Part shown: positions 35,841-49,740 of the stretch, piece by piece
Position numbering within the stretch: the first letter of the stretch is position 1
Layout of the letters: every line of letters starts with the position of its first letter
Origin: Macrostomum lignano
Taxonomy: Eukaryota
DNA length: 64,000 bases
NCBI GenBank assembly: GCA_002269645.1
Contig: NIVC01000864.1
Coordinates: 186,001-250,000 of the forward strand
Direction: 5' to 3'
Position numbers and translations under genes: made by a program
The notes under the pieces: model-generated
Told to the model about the DNA's origin: nothing
The model's input: the letters and a program-made list of their open reading frames with translations, nothing else
The model's database searches: none

Positions 35841-38800
35841 TCGAAAATGCAAAGGTGATTCTTACTGAATGACTTCATTAGCAACAAGAATTCAAACTAG
35901 ATCTGCTTACCTTGGTAAAAAGCGTTAGAGCTCTCTTTAAACAGGCTGGCACTATGCAATCGATTGAGCAGGTCTCACGCCCCTAATCCAGCGCAAGCTC
36001 TCCCAACCAACTAACCCACGGCTCTTTAAAGGCTGGAATGAATGCAAAACTGAAGCGACTGCAGCAGGGCAGGGAGGGCGGGGGTTGCGAATGGAGATGA
36101 GGAGGAACAGAATGGCAGCTCCGGCGACCGACCTCGCTCTCACTGTGGACAAATGGGAGAATATGCTCAAGCCCCCATAGCCTGCCATCCCCAAGTTCTA
36201 TAGACCCGGAGGCCGGGTGTGGGACGAGTTTTTGAGCGGCTAGAAAACAGAAAGGCTGCATCGTGGGGTCCCGCATTGGTTGCCAATGGTAACGGAGAAA
36301 CAAACAGCAAGAGCGGGGGAAGCAGCCTAGGAAACTGTGAGTTGGGACTGTTGAACGGGGAGAGCCAGAGAGGGAAGATGGCATGCAGGACGGGACAGGC
36401 CGCTTAAACAATGGGGTGGCAGCAGAGGCGAGGTGCTGCTGCTGCAGCAGCGGATGATGGGGAAGGGAGAAAAATCGATTTTTCTGGTTGGAGACAGAGA
36501 GAGACAGAATAGTCACAGAGGGAAGGATGGAGCGAGGGCCCCAGCAACGCAAGGCAGACAAGGCAGACCTCCCTTCCCACATATTCTCATAGTTTTTTCT
36601 CTGTCTCTCCGTGAGCTTCAGAGTCTTTTCAGGAATAATATTGGGCTGGTAGGCAAGACAACAGAGCTGCTATTCCGCCCCTAAGCCCAGCGCCTGCCTG
36701 CGGGTGCAGGACAGGCAGACATAGTAGGCAGGGCAAGAGCAGAAGAGAAAAATGAATAGAGAGATACAGTCTACAGAGGAAAATGCAGGGGGAGATTCGT
36801 GGATTCGCTAAGCTCTGCATTTCAGGAGCTATTAGATTTTGGATTAGGACAAGGAGAAGGCTAAATAGTTATATTTTATTACAGTAGACATCAATACAAA
36901 TTGCAATACAAACCAGGTATAATAATAAAAGTATATTCTTTATATCAGCTAAAAAATGTGACATTGCTTTAAATTGCATGTCTTTAATACATCTGTGATA
37001 CCACTAAAATATGGATTTATTACTATTTGTAAGTAGTTAATAAAATTAAAACAAAATTAAAAATGGTCCAAAGCTTTCAAACTTTCTGCAAGCAATAGAA
37101 GCAAAATGCAGTTTTCTTAATAAGCATACAAATTATCTTTAAAGTTTCAAATGAGGCCAGTAAAGTACAAATATAAAAATATGCTTTTTGCTACTTAAAG
37201 TAGCATAAAAAGATTTTAAATGTTCAGTGTTATTGTATATATAAAAGACATAGGTATATAGATATAGACTATACTGTGATGTGGTATCCAAAAAAAGTTT
37301 TATTACATGAACTTGATTTTAGCTCATTACTCATTTTATCCAATTTATCAATCTAAAGAAATAGATTTTGTAGACTTTTTTGTCAAGTACTATAAAACAA
37401 AACTTACATTTTTTGTGTATAACTAGTCTAATCTCAAAACATTTCTTTGAATATTTAGATAAAGATTTGCTTTCCCTTCTCCCTTTCTATTTTCTTCCTC
37501 TAGCCTCTTCTTCTCTCTATATCTCTTCTTGTTTATTCCTAATCCTTTTTCTATCATAGATAGTCTTTTTAATTGTCCTAAATCATCATGCTTCTATTAT
37601 TAAATTTGGATTAATAATTAGAAGTTGGCATAGCCTAATACTTTTCATAATATTTCTATTGGCATATCATAAGAGCTATAAGAAGTCATAAGAAGCTTAG
37701 TATATATTGGTATAAGTTTTTGATCAGTTATTCTTTGTTCTAGCCTATTTTGCACAATATCTGCTAGGCCTTAAGTTATATCATAGTATTACAATAAGAT
37801 CATTTCATAAGTTTTTTTATTTAAGCCAAGTTAAATAGTTTTAATAAATATAATTTAAACATGTTAATATGATGCTATTTACTAAATTAACTAAACACCT
37901 ACAAGACAATTTTTAAAAATGATTCAATGTATGATAAGACATTTTATCAAAAAAATTATGCCATATAAATTAAATTTTTTGTTAAATTTTGTAGGTATGC
38001 TTAGATTAGATCCAAAATATATTTTAAACAAGAATATAGTTGCAAAAAATAAATAAACAAATGTTAACAATATGAATGCTTTTTTATTACAAAACTGCCA
38101 CTCAATAGGACTAATGTGGTAAAATTGCCGTAGATAGGCCTAGGCCTTTCTATAAAAAGAAATTTTAGACAATCAACTAAAATTTAAACAAAGGTATTAT
38201 TGACATAAAATGCCATAGGTCTATTAAATGTGCTATACTAAGAACAACCTAGGCCCTAGCCTTGGTACTTGGACTAGTTCTTGTGCCTCTAACCTTCACT
38301 GCAGCCTCTAGCTAGTATGGAGGCCCCTAGTAAAATTGCCAATTAGCCTAGTCTGCTTAGTATATCAAGTATTCATTGTCATTTATGAACTATACAACCC
38401 CTCTTCTATTCATTATTTATTCAATAATAGTTTTTAAAATCTCTTTTTTGCAGATTTTCCATACTGAATTCAATAAAATGTCTTTCTTTTTTACAAATAG
38501 TCTTTCAACAAATCAACTTTTTGATGGATTGTCTTGTCTGGTTTCCTTTCAGGACATATGCATGGCTACATATAGTACAAATTCATGTAAAAATAGGGAA
38601 AACCAAAAATTGAAGCAGGTTGAATAGGCCTATTAACAGTTAGGTAAAGTAACATAACTGCATTTCTGCAGTAGGACCGACCGAAACTGTAGCTAGCACT
38701 TAGCACTTAGCAGCAGTAGCAAATAAAAAAGCGATTCTAGAAACCAAACCATACACACAGGAAACAGTAAATAAAACTATGAATGCGTTTGTTGTTAACA

Positions 38801-41224
38801 TCGGACTTCATAAAACTTCTCTACACTTTAATAGTCTTCGATAGCGACAGGGCAACATGATCAAAACAGTATCTATCTAGTCATTGATCAATATTCAGAT
38901 TTCTTTTTTAGAAACCGCGGCATGGCAGCACTTTAAATTTCTGCAAGCTCATGGATACGATTTATAACAAACTCTGGTAACTTTTATTTCCAAGAGAACT
39001 CGACTACTTATAGATAATTCAGTGGTGAGGAGTGAAATTACTACTAATGAAGAATTTTTTGAGTAAAAAATTCTTAGACCGCATAAAAGCACATCAGGCA
39101 TACATCCATGGGCCTTTTCATATTACCAATTCCAGAACCAGAATCGGTTCGGAATTCCAAGAAAAACAGCAGTATAACTATTAAACTCTGTTAATATTTG
39201 ACTGCCTTAACAACCTAATTTAGCACAATTTTTCACTTTCTTATTGGCGATTGTCATTCAATAATAAAAACTTTATAGCACGTATCTCCCTCTAGTTATG
39301 GAGACAAAAAGTTATACTTCACAAATTGGTTCTGGTTCTGGAACCAGAGCAAGCAATATGAAAAGGCCCCATAGTGCACTTCATTCTTCAAGGAATTCGA
39401 AATTCCCTACCCCTACCCAATAAAGACCAATTCAACAAATCATTAACAAGTATTCACTTCGAAAATGTAATTGACAGAATAAGAAACACAATACGACATC
39501 GTTATCCATCTATGTAATGTAAAAAGTACACAGTATCTGATTGACATCGACGACGTCGAATTGCTGTACGGGTTCAACTCCTTTGTGTACATCTTAGTTT
39601 TACTGGAGGTGTTCATGGTCACTGCGATGGATAGTGCAGATAGGCAGAAAACAATAATTATTGAGACTGTTGCCCTTGTGATTTTTTGCTTTCCTATCGC
39701 CTGCCTAACACTCAGCACTGCAAGGGGTATTCCACTCGTATGGGAGCGATAGAAGTGCATAACTTCATTCATTTAGTCGAGCTATCACACACGGACGATC
39801 TATCCAATCCTGCTGAGGCGAGTTAATCTCAATTCGACGAACTAAGAAGGGGCCATCAGATTTTCTCCAACTCGGTCGAATGGTTCCGTTTTTGGTACAG
39901 TTAGCCGGGCTTCCGCAAAATGGAAAGAGATGAGGCGGGCAGAGTCTGGCGGGGAGTCGCGAATTGCCCTTTATACCGAGCGGAATCAGATTTGCCTCGA
40001 CGCTGCCTAGGAAAGCGTTGGCAGCAACAGGAAAAACTGCGGCCCAATAATTTTCTAGATTGATTCCCCATTTATCCTTCTATTTCTCTCTCTCTCTCTC
40101 TCTCTCTCTCCAACTCTGCGCCTTTCTGTCTCCCCAAAACTTTCTCATCTCATTTTCGAATTGCATGGAAAGCGAGCTTGGAGACTGCAGTTGCTGGGCG
40201 GGTGGCTTGGGAGTTGTCGGATAATGCAAAAGAGGCAAGCAGAGACAGGCACCAGAGTAGAACTCGCTCTCTTCAAAGGAGTTTGCTGATGAAAATGAGT
40301 CCAACTTTCTTTCAATGCACCCAAAAAGACTGTGTGTCTTTTCAAGGTCGGTAAGGGCCATGAGTATCGGCCAGTATTGTCTTAACTTTTTATCTAAAGG
40401 TTTTGGACTGATTACCTAGAGTGTCACATACATGTAATTAGGCGCACAGGGTTATATTGAATACACTAGCGCTTACGGGAAAAATCCGACCTTCTGGCAG
40501 TATTGTCGAATATCTCGACGACTTGATTTTTGTATGAGAAGGTGCGCAACAAAAAGTTAACCCGTGTTCTTGAATTTCGTGTGTCTGCGTTGCGCAGCAA
40601 AAAAATTGTCAGGACCGGGTTCCCCACGGGCGGAAAAATGGCTTGATCTGTATTCCTACTGTTAAAACTATGTAAACTATGCTCATAAATCACAGCAATT
40701 GTCAGTTTGCAGCGTCGCCAGTAAACAGCAGTTTCTCTGTGTCTATGGTAAAACCAGACTTTCTACCCGTAAGGTTCGTATCAGTACTTGTCTCAGTCAG
40801 CTGAGTCACCAAAGCAGCTGACTACCCAAAGAACAATGTCACTGGACAGCTGGACAGATGATTTATACCAAACTGTCAGCCATTTTGGAGTTGAAGTCAA
40901 GAATAAATTCAGACCTATAGGAGATTATAGGACTAAATGCAGTTCCACTGCCTGTTCTAGCTACAATACAAACTAAAACTACGTTACCCGAACTTGTTGA
41001 AAGAAAAAAATATTTTCTTGGTGAATTATATTTTATAATTCTAATTTATAGAATTATATTTTCATGTTGAAAGACTGTAAAAAGCATGAAAAAAGTTTGT
41101 ATTATTTATGAACTTTCAGGTAGGTGGCGTAGAATTTGTGCAAGTTGTAAGAGTAATTTAAAGCGCCAGCGAACACCTGGACCTTAGTACAGCTGTGCTA
41201 TGGAACACCATGAAACACACAGTG

Positions 41225-41910
41225 AAGCCAAGTAACACCCATGGTGCCAAGAAACACCCATGGCGCCAAGAAACACCCATGGCGCCAAGAAACACCCATG
41301 GCGCCAAGAAACACCCATGGCGCCAAGAAACACCCATGGCGCCAAAAATATCCATGGCTTCAAGAAATAGCCATGGTGTCAAGAAATACCCATGGCGCCA
41401 AGCAACACCCATGGCGCCAAGAAATAGCCATGGTGTCAAGAAACACCCATGGTGCCAAGAAACACCCATGGCGCCAAGAAACACCCATGGCGCCAAGAAA
41501 TAGCCATGGCGCCAAGAAACACCCATGGTGCCACGAAATAGCCATGGCGCCAAGAAACACCCATGGTGCCAAGAAATAGCCATGGTGCCAAGAAACACCC
41601 ATGGCGCCAAGAAACACCCATGGCGCCAAGAAACACCCATGGCGCCAAGAAACACCCATGGCGCCAAGAAACACCCATGGCGCCAAGAAACACCCATGGC
41701 GCCAAGAAACACCCATGGCGCCAAGAAACACCCATGGCGCCAAGAAACACCCATGGCGCCAAGAAACACCCATGGCGCCAAGAAACACCCATGGCGCCAA
41801 GAAATAGCCATGGCGCCAAGAAACACCCATGGTGCCAAGAAATAGCCATGGCGCCAAGAAACACCCATGGTGCCAAGAAATAGCCATGGCGCCAAGGAAT
41901 TCCCAGGGCG
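41225..41910. repeat. 19-bp minisatellite (CCATGGCGCCAAGAAACAC)n
   Basis: Direct tandem copies. Confidence 0.95.
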
Positions 41911-43089
41911 CCAAGATGGAATGCCGACAGTGCCAAATACCAAAAGCTCAAGTCAGAAACTCAATACAAACGTAACACAGTAGCTTGATGGGTAGCCAGT
42001 AAGTTTGCGAAGAATTCCAGTAAAGCGTATCTCTAGAAGCTCCTAATAATAATAATTACTCTTCTCGGTTAATGAAATAGAACAGCTTATTCCACTGACA
42101 GATGGATGGCGCAACAACCAGCACAGTTGCTATGCAGGCCGAGTCCCACCGATCCGGCCAACACATGCCCGGGCTTGGCGATGAAAAAGTCACAAAAATG
42201 AATGATGAGGGCAGCGAATTGAACAATGGATTGGGGGTTTAGCCTGTCTTCGTGATCTAGAAACCTGGCTAGCTACTGGTGTGTGTTATTTCTCGCCTTG
42301 GCAACCGAGTTCAGCATTCGAATAGGATGGAAAGAGTTACGGAAGGTACTGCATTTTTAGCAGCGGCGGCTTCAAAGCGAAGGAGACGCTTGTCGCAGTT
42401 TATCCGCTCACCGCTCCATCACTTTCTGGCCCGGCCCAACAACCGAAGTTCAGGCAGTAAGTCTAGTCAGGTTCCAAAGTGTCAGAAACACACAGCGCAA
42501 AAACTCAGCACAATTGCACTATAGTTGGGCGACACTTTGCACTAGTTATGTTTTTAATCGCACTGGTTAGTATTTCCTAGCACCCGCGCGCAGACAATTA
42601 GGTTAAAATGCTTATAAGCAATATATTCGTATTGGCTATATATTATGGCGTTAGCAATAGCTCCTGGGCGGGACCGCTGGCTTGTCACCGCTGATTTCAA
42701 CTGCAATCAATCAGTTGGGCTGGACCGGCGGCCCCTCAGTTCTACTGCAGCCCCCCCCCCCACACCAGTGTGAACCAGCAGCTGCTGTTGTTAATAACAG
42801 ACCTTGAAACCGCAAAAAATACCTTCGGTTGCGCCCAAACTAAGGTCTATCTATCTTCTGCCCGCCTTCTGGGGGGGGTCCATGGCGCTCTCCAGTCTCC
42901 CCTCTCACTCTGTCAGACCAGCCGCACTGCCTGAAACTTTCCACTCTATTCTCAAAGACCAGCCGGTGCGGTGTCTAGTAAACTCTGAAATACTTCACTG
43001 GCGAGAGACGTGCTTTATTTTGTAAAAAATAAGCTGCTTTCACTTTTTGAGCCGGCTACTTGAAAGCGACACAGATGAGACTAGGCATG

Positions 43090-43500
<411 letters not shown>

Positions 43501-44264
43501 GATTAAAAATGCTGCAGTCCGGCAGTGACTGAATGAGCCATCAATGCCGTTAATTTCAGGTTAAGCGGTAAGCCGAGGTGCCGCAGATAAATGAGATCAT
43601 ATTGAGTCGGGAGCCGGGCCGATCCCCTGAATTCATTCCTCCCTCTCGCTTCCCCTACGCCAAGCCGTTTGCTGTTCGGGCTGTGGAAGGTAATTATTCA
43701 AAATCCCCACCTACCCAATCCCTAGAGAAGTTCCGCCCCCACCCTCCCTCAAATCAGTTATCCCCTTCTTCCCGACACCAGTCTGGTCTGGTGACCAAGC
43801 CCGGGACTCCCTCTCTTATGCAGTAGAAAGAAGATAAGGCGGCCCCCCGCTGCCTGCACCCCCCTGTCGGACAGTGACTGATGACCCGCTCCCGGTGCCT
43901 TTCTAAGCGCCACTTGAATGGAATTTTTTATTCGTTTGGAAACGAAGGCTTCTTTCTTTCTTCCTAGCCAGCCGTGCCCGACCCCTTCCGCCCAAGGCCG
44001 GAAGGCCAAAGCAGAAGCAAATGGCTGTGTTGTGTTTGTGCGGCTTCGGTGCTGGTGGCTGGACAACTTTTCAAACCAGTGGGGGCGCGCATCGTCTCGG
44101 AAAATAAGCATTAGAAAAGAAACAAGCCACCGAGCCAATTCGAGCATCTCCGCTTTCATTGGCCCGCCAGCCAACCAGCTGAAGCATAAAAGCTACAAAG
44201 CCGCAAAGCAAGGACTGTTCCCGTTGAGTCCAGTCGAAGAATTCCTTTGAACCTTGAAACAGCA

Positions 44265-45577
44265 ATGAATTCGCACGTCGGCAACTTGACGCTCCTGCTG
44301 TTTTTCACTGCGCTGCTCAAATCAGCCGCTCTGTCAACTTCCGCTGTCGTTTCCCTAACCGGAGACGAAGCTGCCTCGATGTCGTCCAGGGCCGACCAGT
44401 TCTGCGCGCCCGTGCCGATCAGGGTGCCCGTCTGCTCTAAAATCCGCTACAACACCACGGCCAGCTTCATCGCTCAGGATCGAGTCGCTTTCCTACTTGG
44501 CAATCTGCAAGAGCTTGTCAATACGAATTGCGCGCCCTACCTTCGCCTGTTGGCCTGCTCGGTGCACCTGCCTCTGTGCAACAGCGACCAGAGCCTGCTG
44601 GTCCGGCCGTGCCGAGAGTTCTGCTCCTCAGTGAAGGGACTCTGCGAGGCCCAGCTGAGGCGGTACGGCATCGAGTGGCCCAGTCACCTGAACTGCGATC
44701 AGCTAGAGCTGGAGGACAACGGCAGTAAAAAGAATCTCTGCCTGAGACCCATCGAGGAGGAGTTCAACGCCCAGATGATGAAGAAACAGCCGCCACCGCC
44801 GCATCTCCCGCTGCCGCCGCCGCTCTCGCCGCAGATTGTCGGAGCCAGCGCCGGCTCGGGAAACGGCTCCGGAACGGTGGACTCTGCCGCCACTTCCACA
44901 GCCCCCGGTTCGGCTGTGCCCGACGCTGATTGGTCCTCAGATGCTCCGAAGTGCTCCGCCGCTGAGCTTCCAGTCGGCGGAGTCGGCGGCTGGTGCGCCA
45001 AACGATGCCTGTCCAGTTACCTGTTCGCCAAGGAGGATCGCGACTTCGCCGACGCCTGGATGCTCGCCTGGTCTGTGGCCGCCGCCGCCTGCGCCATCCT
45101 GGCTTTGGTCACCTTCCGCCTGGAGCCCGGCCGGTTCCGCTATCCGGAGCGGCCGGTGGTCTGGGTGGCCGCCTGCCACCTGGTCCACGCCGGCGCCCAT
45201 CTGCTGCGCGCAGCGCTCGGCCGGAGCTTGCCTGCAGCCGCTCCTCTGCTGCCCTGTCCGGCAGCCGCGGCGAGCTGGCCCTGGTCAGCCGGCACGCCGG
45301 GCAGTGGTGCGCCGCCATCTTCCTGCTGCTGTACTTCAGCTGGCTGGCCGGCCTGCTGTGGTGGCTGGCCCTGGCGCTGTGCTGGCACCTGAGCGCCGCT
45401 CGGCGCTGGCACCATGGACTGCTGGCTGAAAGGACCGTCTGGCTTCACCTGCTGGCCTGGGGCGCCCCGCTGCTGCTGAGCGTCACTCTGCTGGTGCTGC
45501 ACCGGATCGAGGGGGACGAGCTCACCCACCTGTGGCGTGGTGGACGGCTCCCGCCAGCCGATCTGCTCATGTTTCAG
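44265..45577 (+). CDS. FZD: Frizzled receptor (Fz4/9/10-like), exon 1: signal peptide, 10-Cys CRD, TM1 to start of TM5; frameshift near 45223-45224
   Basis: CRD with all 10 Cys (C-x-PC-x3-C ... WP-x3-NC); FRYPERP in ICL1; WW-x-AL...W in TM3; H-x-x-AWG in TM4; GDELT in ECL2; donor CAG|GTGGGA. Confidence 0.9.
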
Positions 45578-45725
45578 GTGGGAAACTTTGCTAATTCTCT
45601 GGCTGTGTTGTGGGGAAGTAAAAGGATGATTGATAGATCCGGTAGATCCTCTATTCAAATTTTCTGAAAATTTATCGATTCCGGTCAGTTTGAGCGTATT
45701 CTCCACCGCTACCGCCAACCTCCAG

Positions 45726-46469
45726 GTGGTGCCGATGGCCACCGCACTGCTGCTCGGCCTCGGCTTTTTGGCCTCCGCCCTGCGCTCGGCGCTGCTGTCC
45801 GCGGCCGCCGCTGATTCGCCTTTTCCAGCCGACGAGCGCCGGCAGGACCAGCGGCAGGCTGACAAATCCGCAGGCGGAGGAGGAGCTGCTCTCTCGGGAT
45901 CAGCCGAAGGCGCCTCACCGGAGCAGCGGGCGGCCCGCCTCAGCCTGTTCGCCTTCCTGTTCGCCCTGCCGGCCGCCTGCGTGCTTGCTGCCAACGTCTA
46001 CGAGCTGGCCGAGCGCCCGCGCTGGACTGAAAGCCTCGCAGCCGTGCTGGCCCGGCCCGGCTGCGCCAGCCGCCAAGGAGTCAACAGCATCGCCGGGTGT
46101 CGCCTGTCGTCCCGGCCGTCGGCCGCCGTTTACATGCTGAAGATTTTCATGTCGCTGACCGCGGGACTGCCGGCCGGGCTGCTGGTGTGGGCCAACTGGC
46201 AGTCGCTGAGCGCCTGGCGCGCCTGGCTGGGCCGACTGACCAGCCGCTGGACGCGCCGCAAGCAGCTGCCGCAGACCGCGCAGCCGCAGCCGCCTCCTCC
46301 AACGCGGCCGCTGGTGCCTCCGCCACCGCAGCAGCCTCAGCCGCCGTTGCCTCCGCCGCGCGCCAGTCAGCCATCGTCAGCAGCGGCACTATCACGTGTT
46401 CAATCCTGCCCACAGTTGCAGCAGCAGCCAGCAGCAGTACGAGCTGCATCACGCCTACGCTACAGTTGA
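45726..46469 (+). CDS. FZD: Frizzled receptor, exon 2: TM5-TM7 and Pro/Gln-rich tail
   Basis: RLSLFAFLFALPAACVLAANVYE (TM6) and YMLKIFMSL (TM7); acceptor CTCCAG; 148-nt intron in phase 0. Confidence 0.88.
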   Translation: MVPMATALLLGLGFLASALRSALLSAAAADSPFPADERRQDQRQADKSAGGGGAALSGSAEGASPEQRAARLSLFAFLFALPAACVLAANVYELAERPRWTESLAAVLARPGCASRQGVNSIAGCRLSSRPSAAVYMLKIFMSLTAGLPAGLLVWANWQSLSAWRAWLGRLTSRWTRRKQLPQTAQPQPPPPTRPLVPPPPQQPQPPLPPPRASQPSSAAALSRVQSCPQLQQQPAAVRAASRLRYS

Positions 46470-46799
46470 CAGCGTCAGGTGCGACTCAGCCAGGAGCAAG
46501 CGGCTGCACGGCTGCGCTGTGTCGGATGTTTGAGCACTTTGACCCGTAATGGAAATTCACTATTATGCTAAATGTTGTTTGCTTGATATAATTGACCTAT
46601 TTTTTAAGCTTCTCACCTTCCAAATAGTTTCTTAGAAAGCTTTTTTTGAGCTCATCGGACACGCTTGCCTGGCTGCTTGCTTGTATATAAAATTTGCTTC
46701 TCTTGACAACTCCTTTATTAATCATTAGCAGGATTATGTGGCTCTCCGAATAAGTTGGTGGGGATTGATGAGGAGAAAGGTCTACGACCTTTCTGGTTG

Positions 46800-47280
46800 G
46801 TCAGGGTGGAAGGTCTACGACTCTCTCTGATTGGTCAGGGTGGAAGGTCTAACGGCTCTCTCTGATTGGTCAGGGAGGAAGGTCTACGGCTCTCTCTGAT
46901 TGGTCAGAGTGGAAGGTCTACGGCTCTCTCTGATTGGTCAGGGAGGAAGGTCTACGGCTCTCTCTGATTGGTCAGAGTGGAAGTTCTACGGCTCTCTCTG
47001 ATTGGTCAGGGTGGAAGGTCTACGGCTCTCTCTGATTGGTCAGGGTGGAAGGTCTACGGCTCTCTCTAATTGGTCAGGGTGGAAGGTCTACGGCTCTCTC
47101 TCCGATTGGTCAGGGTGGAAGGTCTAATGGCTCTCTCTGATTGGTCAGGGTGGAAGGTCTACGGCTCTCTCTAATTGGTCAGGGTGGAAGGTCTACGGGC
47201 TCTCTCTCCGATTGGTCAGGGTGGAAGGTCTAATGGCTCTCTCTGATTGGTCAGGGTGGAAGTATCTTGCTAATTGGTCA
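46800..47280. repeat. 34-bp minisatellite (CTACGGCTCTCTCTGATTGGTCAGGGTGGAAGGT)n
   Basis: About 13 copies, each carrying CTGATTGG. Confidence 0.92.
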
Positions 47281-47638
47281 GGAATAAAGGAATAAAAGTC
47301 AGTAATTGTATAGTAAATTTAGTACTTGTAACGCAACACCCAGTCAATACAAATGATGTAATTACTATAAGCTGCATATGATACCAGTAGTTTACACTCT
47401 GCCGCTTCTTCGATTACCCAGACTATATTTTAGCTTGTCAAACTTGTAAACTATCAAATCCTTTTTCAGATTTTAATCCGTAGCTGGTACAAAATTCATA
47501 TAAATTCAAAATTCATGACAGAGACAAAATGTCGCAATAATTCTACAAATACATTTGGTAGAGATTGCTAGCCAGTGAAGCAAGAAGTTCTTTGTTTGAA
47601 CATCTGAGTATTATTGGTGTCTGAGTAGACTGGAGATA

Positions 47639-47639
<1 letters not shown>

Positions 47640-47705
<66 letters not shown>

Positions 47706-47794
47706 GGAGAGAGAGAGAGTGTGTGTGTGTGTGTGTGTGTCTGAATGAGAGAGAGAGAGAGGGGAGAGAGAGAGTGAGAGAGAGAGAGAGAGAG

Positions 47795-47838
<44 letters not shown>

Positions 47839-47886
47839 TGAATGAGAGAGAGAGAGAGAGGGAGAGAGAGGGAGAGAGAGAGAGAG

Positions 47887-47926
<40 letters not shown>

Positions 47927-47971
47927 TGAATGAGAGAGAGAGAGGAGAGAGAGGGAGAGAGAGAGAGAGAG

Positions 47972-48023
<52 letters not shown>

Positions 48024-48104
48024 AGAGAGAGAGAGAGAGAGGGGGAGAGAGAGAGAGGGGGGGAGAGAGAGAGAGGGGGGAAGAGAGGAGAGAGAGAGAG
48101 AGAG

Positions 48105-48186
<82 letters not shown>

Positions 48187-48360
48187 AGAGAGAGAGAGAG
48201 AGAGGGGGGAGAGAGAGAGGGGGAGAGAGAGGAGAGAGAGAGGGGGAGAGAGAGAGGAGAGAGAGAGAGAGAGTGTGTGGTGTGTGTGTGTGTTTCTGAG
48301 TAGAGTGGTAGACTGGAGGTATAATGAGAAAGAGAAAGAGTGGAGAGAGAGGAGAGAGAG
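47640..48360. repeat. Compound (GA)n/(GT)n microsatellite with a recurring (CT)GAATGA spacer
   Basis: Alternating GA and GT blocks forming a higher-order unit. Confidence 0.93.
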
Positions 48361-49069
48361 TGTGCGAGTGAGTGACTGAGTAGACCGAATATATAATGAG
48401 AGAGTGTGTCTAAGTAGACTCATGACTTTATAGATAAATTTCTAAAATCCAACACGCAGCCAGCTATCTTCATCAGTTTCACTTTTTTGTAAAGTAGACT
48501 GCCTAAATATCAGATGCTGGTATTTTCCGCAGGAAACTGAAAGAGAATTGGCATTAATAAACATTTAGAATTCAGTCAGAGTACAGTGCAAGCACATGCA
48601 GTGAAAAAGAATCCATACTGTGCAGTTTAAAACCCGCGTTGTGCAACTCTCGAACAGATTTCACTGCCTTTATCTGCTGGTAAATTTATCTGTAAATGGG
48701 GGGGGGGGGAGTGAGAAAAAGAAAAACAGTCACTGTAGCAGAAGGATATTGATACGGGAGGGGGGCACAGGCGTGATAAATGCCATGCATACACCGACTC
48801 GCCGCCACTTTCGGTGTGTTCTGTGCGCGAGAAGCTGGGGCCCTACATGCAGCAGTTGAGTTGTCGGGAAACTGGTGCAGCTGCATGGTGCTGAAGCTCG
48901 CACGCAAGTCAGCGCAGAGTCTCACGCCACTGTCTTGCTAAGCTAATCTTCAAGCCGCCTTTTCTGTTGCAACTCTTTGTGACTTTATTCTCACGGATCC
49001 GTTTTGCTTCACGGCTGGGGTGGGTTTCGCAAACGCGAAATTTCATTTGCTTTCATAAACGCGAAACAT

Positions 49070-49740
49070 CACAAACGTGAAACTTCACCACCGCTAAATG
49101 TCACCTACTTTCACAAACACGAAACTTCACCACCGCTAAATGTCACCTACTTTCACAAACGTGAAAGTTCACCACCGCTAAATGTCACCTACTTTCACAA
49201 ACACGAAACTTCACCACCGCTAAATGTCACCTACTTTCACAAACACGAAACTTCACCACCGCTAAATGTCACCTACTTTCACAAACACGAAACTTCACCA
49301 CCGCTAAATGTCACCTACTTTCACAAACGTGAAAGTTCACCACCGCTAAATGTCACCTACTTTCACAACCGCGAAACTTCACCACCGCTAAATATCACCT
49401 ACTTTCACAAACACGAAACTTCACCACCGCTAAATATCACCTAATTTCACAACCGCGAAACTTCACCACCGCTAAATATCACCTACTTTCACAACCGCGA
49501 AGCTTCACCACCGCTAAATATCACCTACTTTCACAACCGCGAAGCTTCACCACTGCTAAATGTCACCTACTTTCACAACCGCGAAGCTTCACCACCGCTA
49601 AATATCACCTACTTTCACAACCGCGAAACTTCACCACCGCTAAATGTCACCTACTTTCACAAACACGAAACTTCACCACCGCTAAATGTCACCTACTTTC
49701 ACAACCGCGAAACTTCACCACCGCTAAATGTCACCTACTA
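49070..49740. repeat. 42-bp minisatellite (AAACTTCACCACCGCTAAATGTCACCTACTTTCACAAACACG)n
   Basis: 14-aa periodicity in the overlapping ORF. Confidence 0.93.

Noticed and set aside
39483-39752. Stop-to-stop frame with two hydrophobic stretches (LLYGFNSFVYILVLLEVF...)
   Set aside because: No ATG, no convincing in-frame acceptor, AT-rich codon usage unlike the real genes here, and no recognisable family.
44240-44252. TCF/LEF site (CTTTGAA) near the Frizzled start as Wnt feedback
   Set aside because: A single 7-mer is expected by chance; there is no clustering or conservation evidence.
44265-46469. Frizzled as a pseudogene because of its frameshift
   Set aside because: Single G-run indels restore conserved motifs, there are no premature stops otherwise, and the splice sites are intact; assembly error is more likely.
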